Origin: Bradymonadia bacterium
Lineage (GTDB): Bacteria; Myxococcota_A; Bradymonadia; UBA7976; UBA1532
Reading direction: 5' to 3'
NCBI GenBank assembly: GCA_046290225.1
Contig: JBKAGE010000071.1
Span: forward strand, 1-64,000
DNA: 64,000 nucleotides
This document shows positions 56,783 to 64,000 of the stretch, in pieces. The notes below the pieces were generated by a model, which was given only the letters and a program-made list of their open reading frames with translations, made no database searches and had not been told where the DNA came from. Within the stretch, counting starts at the first letter, position 1. Each line of letters opens with the position of its first letter. The translations under genes were made by a program, and so were the position numbers.

Positions 56783-57304
56783 CTCTGAGCGTTGTGGCTA
56801 GGCCCTTGTAGGCAGTCATCGCTTCGCTCTGCCTGCGTAGGCGCCACGCCTTCGGCACATCTTCGATGCGCCTCGTCGGTCGCGTACACGTCGGCGTACT
56901 CGCTGGCGCGAGCAGGCCTCCGGGTAGGCAGGGTCGCTCAATGCTGACGCATTGGTTGCTCGCTCCCCTGCGTAAAGAGCCAGTTCTGGTGTGGCTCTGT
57001 GCTGCTGCCAACGCTGTTGGGGCTTACGCTTGGCGTTGAGACTCAGAGGCCTGCACGTTCGCGGTAGGTCGAATCCCGGTGGGGTTCAGCAACAAGATAC
57101 AGAAGAAGCTCTTTACGCAGGGGAGCGAGCAAACAAGGCGAAGCCTTGAGCGACCCTGCCTACCCGGGAAGGTGCCTGCCTCAGCAGGTGCCTGAACGTG
57201 TACGCGACCGACGAGGCGGCCCGAAGGGCTGCCGAAGGCCGGACGCCTACGCAGGCGGAGCGAAGCGACGGCTGCCTACCAGGGCCCAGCCACAACGCTC
57301 AGAG
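56783..57304. repeat. ~200-bp inverted repeat pair with structure-conserving variable hairpins
   Basis: Arms 56783-56980 and 57108-57304; lies between convergent genes. Confidence 0.92.
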
Positions 57305-57336
57305 AGCAAACTCTCACAAGAGCCCAGCCAAGTACG

Positions 57337-60222
57337 TCAGCGGCAGCAGACAACCGGCAGATCCCGGTTGCATGCCTGGTTCAGCAGGAAGGTGTGATAG
57401 TCACCCGACAACATGTTCCCGCTGAGGACGATGTTGCTGAATCGGACAGCGCTGCCTCGCGCGACATCTGCGCTGCTGTAGCGGAGGTTCCAGCAGTTGC
57501 TCGAGCCCGTAAGGTTGGCGTTGTTGCCACTGGAGCTGTGGAAGACCGTCCACATGTCCTGACCGATGAGCGCGTTGCTGTCGTAGTTCCCGCTGGCCAT
57601 GGCCCGCTCGATCTCCCCCTGAGTGCACAGGTGGGCCGTGGGCTCGTTGCCATAGGTAGACCGGCACATGGCGTCTGCACCAGCAGTCCCGAGTTGACCG
57701 CCAAAGTTGATCGCGCCTCTGGTGGTCGTCGCCGAGGCGCCAAGGATGACACCAGTCAAGCCGGCCGCTGAGCCATCCGCACCGTCTGCCCCATCCGCGC
57801 CGTCAGCCCCATCGGCCACCTCGACGGCGTTGTTGCCACACGTGATGACCGCGCCGTCGTCGTTGGCGTTGCGGGCCACCGTGCAGTTCACACCATCGGT
57901 GATGTTCACCGTGTCGTTGCCACAGGTGAGGGTGGTGACGTTGCCGTTCTTGGACACCGAGCACGAGTTGATGTTGTCCACCCGACCCTCGAGCAGGCTG
58001 AGGCGGTTCGCGAGGTTGTTGACGTCGATACGAGACGCGTAGTTCTCGTCCACCAGATCCATCAGGGCGATGAGATCATCCTGCGTGGCCATGTTGTTCT
58101 CGATGGCTGTTACGCGGGCATCGATGGCCGTCACGTTGTTGTTTACCCCCGTGATGAGCGTGTTCAGCTCGTTCTTGGTGGCGTAGGTCTCGTCCACCAG
58201 ATCGATCACCGCGTCGAGATCACCATTGGTGGCCGAGGTGTTCTCCAGATTGCTCAGGCGGTTGTTGATGGTGTTGATTTGGTTGTTGATGGCCGTGATC
58301 TGGGTGTTGAACTGGTCGAGATCGTTCTGGGTCAGGAAGCCAGCGTTCTCGAGGCCCTCAATCCGGGTGGTCAAGTCTGCCACGGCGTTGTTGAGGCCCG
58401 CGAGATCGGCATCAGTGAGGAAGCCAGCGTTCTCGAGGGCGCCCACGCGATCGGTGAGGGTGTCCACGGCGCCGCTCAGTGCGCTCAGGGCGTCTGCATC
58501 AGCAAAGTTGGCGTTCTCGATGACCGAGACACGGGCCGAGACGGCGTCGACGGCGGTGCTCAAGCCTTCGAGATCGTCCCGGGTCGCAAAGAAGCTCGAG
58601 TCGAGCCCATCCAGACGATCTGCGTCGAGCCCGGAGTTGGTCCCGTCGACTGTGATCAACTTGGCCAGCACCTGAGCAGGCGTGTCGGAGCCACCCTGGC
58701 CGTTGAGCACTGTGGCAGAGCTGCCGTCGGTGCAGTTGATGGTGGCGAAGCCGTCACCCTGCACCACAGAGCAGGAGTTGCCGTTGGAGCCGGGGGCGCC
58801 AGGGGCACCGTTGGTCAGGCGGGCCGTGGTACCGTCGGTGCAGTTGATGGTGGCAAAGCCGTCACCCTGAGCCACCGAGCAGCTGGAGCCATCAGTGCCC
58901 CGGAGTTGCTCGGCGTAATCTTCCACCAGCAAGGCGACCAGATCGTTGCGGAAAGAAGGGCTGTTGGCGAGGCGCGAGGCCACGTCGGCAGGATCAGCGT
59001 CGACGCCATCACGACCGTTGGTGCCGTTCACACCAGGCTGCCCGTCCCGGCCGTTGGTGCCGTTGAACACCTGGGCCGTGGTGCCATCCTCGCAGGAGAC
59101 AGTGGCGAAGCCATTGCCCTGAGCCACCGTACAGTCAGTGCCGTTGGTACCATCCGCACCATCCGCGCCATTCTGGCCGGCAGGGCCAGTGGGGCCCACC
59201 TCACCGCGGAGCACGTCGGAGAACTGATCCACCAGCTGGTTGGCGATCTCGTCCCGGAAGTTCTCGTTCACCACCAGCAGGCCCGCGACCAGATCGGGAT
59301 CTGCGTCCTCACCAGAGGGGCCCTGGGGACCCTGGGGGCCTTGGATGCCAGCGATGCCCTGGGGACCCTGGAGGCCTTGAGGGCCTTGCAGACCCTGAGG
59401 GCCAACCTCACCCTGTGGGCCCACGAGACCCTGGGGTCCGATGTTGCCTTGAGGGCCTGCAAGACCCTGGAGGCCCTGAGGACCCTGCTCACCTTGAGGG
59501 CCGACATCACCTTGAGGACCCTGAAGGCCCTGCTCACCACGGGGGCCCGCAGAGCCCTGGATGCCCTGCTCACCCTGAGGGCCAGCCTCACCCTGTGGGC
59601 CCTGCTCACCCTGAGGGCCTTGGTCGCCCTTGAGGGCGTCACCGTAATTCTCGGCGAGCAGCTGGACCACAGCGTTGCGGAAGGTCTCGTTGTCGAGCAA
59701 CGAGTCGGCCACATCGTTCACCGAAGGCGCCAGGTCGAGGGCGTCGCCCACCCACTTGCCGTCCTCGTCGATGACCAGCTGCCCGTTCACCGAGATGGTG
59801 CGGGGGGTCAGATCACCGGTGGCGTTGTCGGACTCCGCCGCTTTGAAGGCGTAGGGCACGCTGTTGATGGTCAGACGGGGCTCGAGCTCCTCGTCATCAC
59901 CTACGGTGACGCCCAGGGACATGCCTTCTCCACCGAAGACCTGCGGAGGCAGCTCGCTCTTCTCCCCGAGGGTGACCGCGTAGTAGCCGTTGTCGAACTC
60001 CACGGGGAACGTCTCCGACCAGACCGGCTCCCCAGCGCTGTCGTAAAGGGTGAAGGTCATCTCCTGAGCCCCTTCGATGGGCTTGAGAGAATCAGTGTCG
60101 AGGATACGCCCTTGCTGAGACAGGTAGCGGGGTACCTCTGCGCTCACCGATGTGGCCGTCAGAGACATCAGAGCAGCGGCGAGCCAGGCCATGGGCCGGC
60201 GGCTGAGGCGTGTACGGTACAT
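57337..60222 (-). CDS. secreted collagen-like trimeric fibre protein (alternative GTG start at 60303)
   Basis: Signal peptide; QGRI...FTLYD...W.E...GYYAVTLG N-domain; Gly-X-Y runs; coiled coil; C-terminal GADAMC...LPVVCC head. Confidence 0.88.
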   Translation of the reverse strand: MYRTRLSRRPMAWLAAALMSLTATSVSAEVPRYLSQQGRILDTDSLKPIEGAQEMTFTLYDSAGEPVWSETFPVEFDNGYYAVTLGEKSELPPQVFGGEGMSLGVTVGDDEELEPRLTINSVPYAFKAAESDNATGDLTPRTISVNGQLVIDEDGKWVGDALDLAPSVNDVADSLLDNETFRNAVVQLLAENYGDALKGDQGPQGEQGPQGEAGPQGEQGIQGSAGPRGEQGLQGPQGDVGPQGEQGPQGLQGLAGPQGNIGPQGLVGPQGEVGPQGLQGPQGLQGPQGIAGIQGPQGPQGPSGEDADPDLVAGLLVVNENFRDEIANQLVDQFSDVLRGEVGPTGPAGQNGADGADGTNGTDCTVAQGNGFATVSCEDGTTAQVFNGTNGRDGQPGVNGTNGRDGVDADPADVASRLANSPSFRNDLVALLVEDYAEQLRGTDGSSCSVAQGDGFATINCTDGTTARLTNGAPGAPGSNGNSCSVVQGDGFATINCTDGSSATVLNGQGGSDTPAQVLAKLITVDGTNSGLDADRLDGLDSSFFATRDDLEGLSTAVDAVSARVSVIENANFADADALSALSGAVDTLTDRVGALENAGFLTDADLAGLNNAVADLTTRIEGLENAGFLTQNDLDQFNTQITAINNQINTINNRLSNLENTSATNGDLDAVIDLVDETYATKNELNTLITGVNNNVTAIDARVTAIENNMATQDDLIALMDLVDENYASRIDVNNLANRLSLLEGRVDNINSCSVSKNGNVTTLTCGNDTVNITDGVNCTVARNANDDGAVITCGNNAVEVADGADGADGADGADGSAAGLTGVILGASATTTRGAINFGGQLGTAGADAMCRSTYGNEPTAHLCTQGEIERAMASGNYDSNALIGQDMWTVFHSSSGNNANLTGSSNCWNLRYSSADVARGSAVRFSNIVLSGNMLSGDYHTFLLNQACNRDLPVVCCR
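59305..59628 (-). repeat. 36 uninterrupted Gly-X-Y triplets, GPQ-rich
   Basis: Counted from GDQ to GED in the translation. Confidence 0.95.
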
Positions 60223-60299
60223 GTCGGAGGCTCCCCTCGTCTTCGAATGAGCGGTCGATTGGTCTGTGGTGTTCTGGGTCTTGGATGCGCGGGAGAAGA

Positions 60300-60746
60300 T
60301 CACTGCTGACCTCCTCGCACGACGCTGAGGGTGCCCGTCTGGAGCACGTGGCGATCAGAGGTGGCCGTGGCGCCGCTCACGCTCACCGGCGAGAGCACGC
60401 CGATGGCGGTGTGTCGGGGGGAGGCCATGGCTGCGCAGCCAGAGCAGAGCCCGTGCACACTCAACGGACCCGCTGCGACACACGTCTGTGCTTCTTCGTC
60501 GCAGACCTCGCCGTCACCACAGGGACCGCAGCCTTCTCTCACCAGGCAGTCCTCACTGCACCGGCCTTCTTCCTCTGCATCGCAGACGCCGTCGCCGCAG
60601 ATCACCAGATCACTGCCGCCAGCGCCGCTGCTGCCGCCGCCTCCGTTCGCAGCGTCGTCACAGGCGGCGAGCGCTGCGGCGAGGCAAAACATCGTCAGCC
60701 ATGACCCGCTGGTCGTGAGCAGACGAAGACTTCCAGGCTGTCTCAT
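60300..60746 (-). CDS. small Cys-rich lipoprotein upstream of the fibre gene
   Basis: GGAGG SD; lipobox LAAC; CGDGVC...CSEDC. Confidence 0.7.
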   Translation of the reverse strand: MRQPGSLRLLTTSGSWLTMFCLAAALAACDDAANGGGGSSGAGGSDLVICGDGVCDAEEEGRCSEDCLVREGCGPCGDGEVCDEEAQTCVAAGPLSVHGLCSGCAAMASPRHTAIGVLSPVSVSGATATSDRHVLQTGTLSVVRGGQQ

Positions 60747-60913
60747 GACACCTCCCCAGGCGTCCACAGGTCTGCACGTGCACCTCGATGTGAGCGCATT
60801 CGAACCCGTGGATGTACGTCATTGTAGTTATATGATCCGAGGGGGAGGTACAAGGAGGCTGTGACCCAAAGTGAGGGGGCTCGCGCTCACCTGGCGGGTC
60901 GAGCCAGGCGGGC

Positions 60914-62278
60914 TCAGCGGATGATGAAGCGGGTGGGCTCTTCGGCGGTGACGAAGCCGCCCCGACACACGCCGTCGGCGTCGGTGAGCAGCCAGCCATG
61001 GGTGGCGAAGCTGTTGAGCGTGATGGTGTTTCGGGGGCCGAGATCATACGCCTGAGCGCGAGCACCTTCGAAGTCGATCCAGTGCAGCGTCATTGGCTGA
61101 AGCGTCTGGTTGACCACCATCACCGAGGCAGAGAGCTCTGATGACTGTGAGCGCAACACCTGAACGTCACAGCCTGTGTTCTCGGCGAGCCGTACTCTCT
61201 GAGGACAGGCCAGATCAGGGATGGGCGGGGGGACCCAGGCCGGCGACGGACCTTCGACATTACAATAGGCTGGCCAACGGCGCGTACCCATGTGCTCGGC
61301 GATGAAGTCTGCGAAATCAGGATCGTAATCAGTGAGCTCTTCACGGGTGTCGACGAAGTTGTGCACACCATTCGGCGGATCAGCAGAGAGATTGTTGTCG
61401 AAGTGGTTTTGTACGCCTTCTGCCCAGTATTCGTTGGCGTTGGTGGCTGCATAGGTGTCGCGCCACAGGCCCTGAGTCATGGCGCCCTGGTACAGCGCCT
61501 CGAGCCGGTCGCGCTGTTCGAGGCCGTCAGGCGCGCCTTCGACGCCGAATTCGAAGACCGAGTGGGCCACTTCGTGCAGGAAGATGTTCTCGCCCACCCA
61601 CGGATCCGTTGGATCCTGGAGCAGGTTTTCGACGGCACCTGTGGTGAGGGGCCGGGTGAGGGTGGCGCCGAAGCCACGGCCGCGGTTGTCCCAGTCGGTG
61701 CCGGGGAAGGCCTCATAGAAGTCGCTGTACTCCGGCATGTCGGTGGTGACGTCATCGGGGCCCATGATGCCGAAGCGCACATGTGCTTCGGCAAGGCCCA
61801 CTCGGGCACAGGGCTGGTCGACGAGCATCTGCTCCAGGGTGTAGGCCGCCACTCGAAAAGCGTCCTCGGGCACTCCGGGGCCACCGACCAGCGGCAAACC
61901 GCGGACGTCGACATATTGCGTATAGAAAGGATCCAGGCCGAGAGACTCGGGTGGGGGCTCGATCACCACAGCTGGGCACGTGGGTGGCCCCTCATGAACA
62001 GGAGGCTCCGCATCGGTGGGCACCCCAGTATCTTCAGCAGGCCGGTCCGCGTCAGCCCGTGTGCCAGAGTCGGCGAGAGATGCATCGGTCGGAGAGCTGG
62101 CATCTGGAGCGCTGGGATCCGGAACACTGGCATCCAGAGCGCCTGTGTCCGTTTCGGCGGAGCCGTCAAGCACCTCGCCTGTGAGGGCATCCACATCACA
62201 GCTCGAGACGAAGAGCGGCAGGGTGAGGCCCAGGGCGACAGCAAAGGGGCGGGTGTATCTCATGGTGGGCCTCGTCAC
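60914..62278 (-). CDS. zincin metallopeptidase lipoprotein with a C-terminal VHL-beta-like domain
   Basis: HEVAH, YAATNANEYWAEG; LRS...N...HWIDFEG...SFATHGWL. Confidence 0.8.
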   Translation of the reverse strand: MTRPTMRYTRPFAVALGLTLPLFVSSCDVDALTGEVLDGSAETDTGALDASVPDPSAPDASSPTDASLADSGTRADADRPAEDTGVPTDAEPPVHEGPPTCPAVVIEPPPESLGLDPFYTQYVDVRGLPLVGGPGVPEDAFRVAAYTLEQMLVDQPCARVGLAEAHVRFGIMGPDDVTTDMPEYSDFYEAFPGTDWDNRGRGFGATLTRPLTTGAVENLLQDPTDPWVGENIFLHEVAHSVFEFGVEGAPDGLEQRDRLEALYQGAMTQGLWRDTYAATNANEYWAEGVQNHFDNNLSADPPNGVHNFVDTREELTDYDPDFADFIAEHMGTRRWPAYCNVEGPSPAWVPPPIPDLACPQRVRLAENTGCDVQVLRSQSSELSASVMVVNQTLQPMTLHWIDFEGARAQAYDLGPRNTITLNSFATHGWLLTDADGVCRGGFVTAEEPTRFIIR

Positions 62279-62279
62279 A

Positions 62280-64000
62280 TCATCTGGGCGTATAGACCTT
62301 CTTGATTGTATCGGGCACCAAGGGGCTCTGCAGCAAGACCGCTCGCCCTGCCTCGGTGAAGTGGACGGACATGCGACTCACATTGGAGATGAAGGGTGAG
62401 TTCACCAGCGCCTCAGCACCGCGGGCACCGAGCTGAGCGCCCCAGATCGTCAGCGAGCTCAGCGCAGGCATGTGGGTGCGCTCGAAGAACGCGTCGAGGG
62501 TTTCAGTCGAGATTGCGCAGTCGCTCAAGTCGAGGGATCGCAAGCATTGCAAGTGCGCTGTCTCTTCGAACGACACATCTTCGAGCCCGCCCTTGTTGCC
62601 ATAGAGGCTCAATCGCTCGAGCCGTGAGAGGTGAGGCGAGCGCGTGACCGCCTGCAGCGCCCGCCCCACTGAAAGGTCACACGACGACAGGTCGAGGCCC
62701 TTCAGGTGAGTCATGTGGGGCGCCGAAGCGAGGGCGTCGATGTCACCCAGTGTGTTTCTCGACAGGTTGAGCTGTTCGAGGGTGTCCAGGTGCTCACTCT
62801 GTATCAGGGCGGTGAACGCCTCTGCTGTCAGCTCGCAGTTGTAGCAAGAGAGCGAGCGGAGATCGGTGAGGTGGGTGCTCTGGACGAGGGCGTCGAAGTC
62901 GCCGAGGGGGTCGAAATTGAGGTCGAGCGTTTGCAGGCCTGGAGCGAAGCTGGCCTTGAGCAGTCGGCTCAGGTCCTCGGAGCGCAGCCCGGACTGTGCG
63001 AGTGTGAGGTGCCTGAGCGACGTGAGTCGCGTGCTTTCGGCGAGGGCACCACAAAGCGTGGAGCCGTTGTTCTTTGTCAGATTCAGTGACTCGAGCGAAG
63101 AGAAGTGCTCGGCGCGGTCGAGCAGGTCGATGTGCATCGTGCCCAGCTTGCAATTCTCCAGTGTGAGGTTTTCGAGCTGCAGATATGAGGCGTTGCACAG
63201 TGGGAAGACCACCCGATTATCCACCGCCTCGAACTTGAGTGTCTTCAGACTGCTCAGATGATGTGCGCGCTCGAAGGCCTGACCCCACGACTGCACATCG
63301 AAGTCACATTGGCCGAGGTGCAAGTTTCTGAGCTCGGTGAAAGGTACCTGCATCAGGGTGATGAGGCTGTCACCGAGGTTCGCCTCGCCATGGATGCCCA
63401 GCTTCTCCAGGCTCTTGAGCCAGCTGGACTGTTTGATGAAGCGTTCGAGATCTGCCGCGCGTAGCTTCAGATTGTTGAGGAACAGACGTCGAAGCTGAAT
63501 GCGCTCTCCGTGATCACTCAAGAGCCCCAGGCACGACTTGGGAGAGCTGTAGACGTACACTTCGCTGAGGCGGTCGAGATCAGGCGAGGTCAGGATCGCC
63601 CGCAGCTGAGCTGGCCTGCCCTTGAATCGCAGGTTGCGGGCCAGAGACAACAGGGGCTCGCCTCGGCCGTCGATACAGCGGTCGTACCATGTCGCGTGTA
63701 CCTGACGGTCGAACTCGGGCCACGTCGACAGCATGTCTTTGGCGTATGCGAAGCCCTCGGCGCGCCCCTCTTGCTCTGGCCACTCGGCGAACAGATCGCA
63801 GATCCCGTTCCACATGGGGAGTGAAGGCTCTCCCCCAACCCACCACTGCAGGTCGATCATCCTCGAGCTCAGGCTGCGACCTTCGGGGACCTCGGCGTGC
63901 CATTGCCACAAGAACAGCTGGGGCTTTCCAGCGGTGCACACCCATGTCTGATCTGGCAACTGAGCCAGAAGCTGAGCTTTGGGCACTGGAAGAGTGGCTG
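62280..64000 (-). CDS. leucine-rich repeat protein, 5' end probably outside the window
   Basis: Repeated HLxxLxxLxLxxN/C units; frame stays open from 63986 to the window end. Confidence 0.85.
   Translation of the reverse strand, partial: ATLPVPKAQLLAQLPDQTWVCTAGKPQLFLWQWHAEVPEGRSLSSRMIDLQWWVGGEPSLPMWNGICDLFAEWPEQEGRAEGFAYAKDMLSTWPEFDRQVHATWYDRCIDGRGEPLLSLARNLRFKGRPAQLRAILTSPDLDRLSEVYVYSSPKSCLGLLSDHGERIQLRRLFLNNLKLRAADLERFIKQSSWLKSLEKLGIHGEANLGDSLITLMQVPFTELRNLHLGQCDFDVQSWGQAFERAHHLSSLKTLKFEAVDNRVVFPLCNASYLQLENLTLENCKLGTMHIDLLDRAEHFSSLESLNLTKNNGSTLCGALAESTRLTSLRHLTLAQSGLRSEDLSRLLKASFAPGLQTLDLNFDPLGDFDALVQSTHLTDLRSLSCYNCELTAEAFTALIQSEHLDTLEQLNLSRNTLGDIDALASAPHMTHLKGLDLSSCDLSVGRALQAVTRSPHLSRLERLSLYGNKGGLEDVSFEETAHLQCLRSLDLSDCAISTETLDAFFERTHMPALSSLTIWGAQLGARGAEALVNSPFISNVSRMSVHFTEAGRAVLLQSPLVPDTIKKVYTPR

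Noticed and set aside
55260..57011. 865-aa ORF suggesting a long N-terminal fusion to the SDR
   Set aside because: The extension is the antisense shadow of the catalase-like gene; the SDR begins at 55259
57055..57095. tRNA-like GGTCGAATCCC
   Set aside because: Not a true GTTCRA T-loop, and no cloverleaf can be built
56783..57750. Diversity-generating retroelement target (lectin-like C-terminus followed by hairpins)
   Set aside because: No template-repeat copy of the 3' end and no reverse transcriptase in the window; a genome-wide search for an adenine-variant copy would settle it
57337..60303. Prophage, suggested by the tail-fibre motif
   Set aside because: The protein has a signal peptide, and no capsid, terminase, integrase or other phage genes are nearby

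Overview
GC-rich chromosomal window from what looks like a Myxococcota/Bradymonadia-type bacterium. The taxon is inferred from MYXO-CTERM tails, Cys-rich and MopE-like repeats, and many lipoproteins. The first ~6 kb is the decayed edge of an accessory/defence island: an AT-rich segment, an IS630 transposase stub cut off by an IS21-like end, a BrnT toxin with an XRE-type antitoxin boxed by 28-bp inverted repeats, an orphan Rpn C-terminal module, an orphan MqsA with an mqsR scar, and two divergent AAA+PD-(D/E)XK paralogues. The rest mixes housekeeping genes (nudix, msrA, puuD, yebC, RND pump, acyltransferase, GT-C, nadK, MutS-V, aidB, SDR) with large surface proteins. These include a papain-like protease with P-domains, a pentapeptide-repeat lipoprotein, an HhH-catalase fusion, a collagen/coiled-coil/lectin-like fibre, a zincin-VHL fusion and an LRR protein. 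An ECF sigma gene is split by a frameshift that coincides with a 4-bp duplication. The most striking non-coding signal is a set of four intergenic long inverted-repeat elements. Two of them (31.5-31.9 kb and 56.8-57.3 kb) carry mini-hairpins whose sequence changes between arms while pairing is kept. No rRNA, tRNA, CRISPR array or intact transposase was seen. All family calls come from motif recognition by eye; no database search was run.
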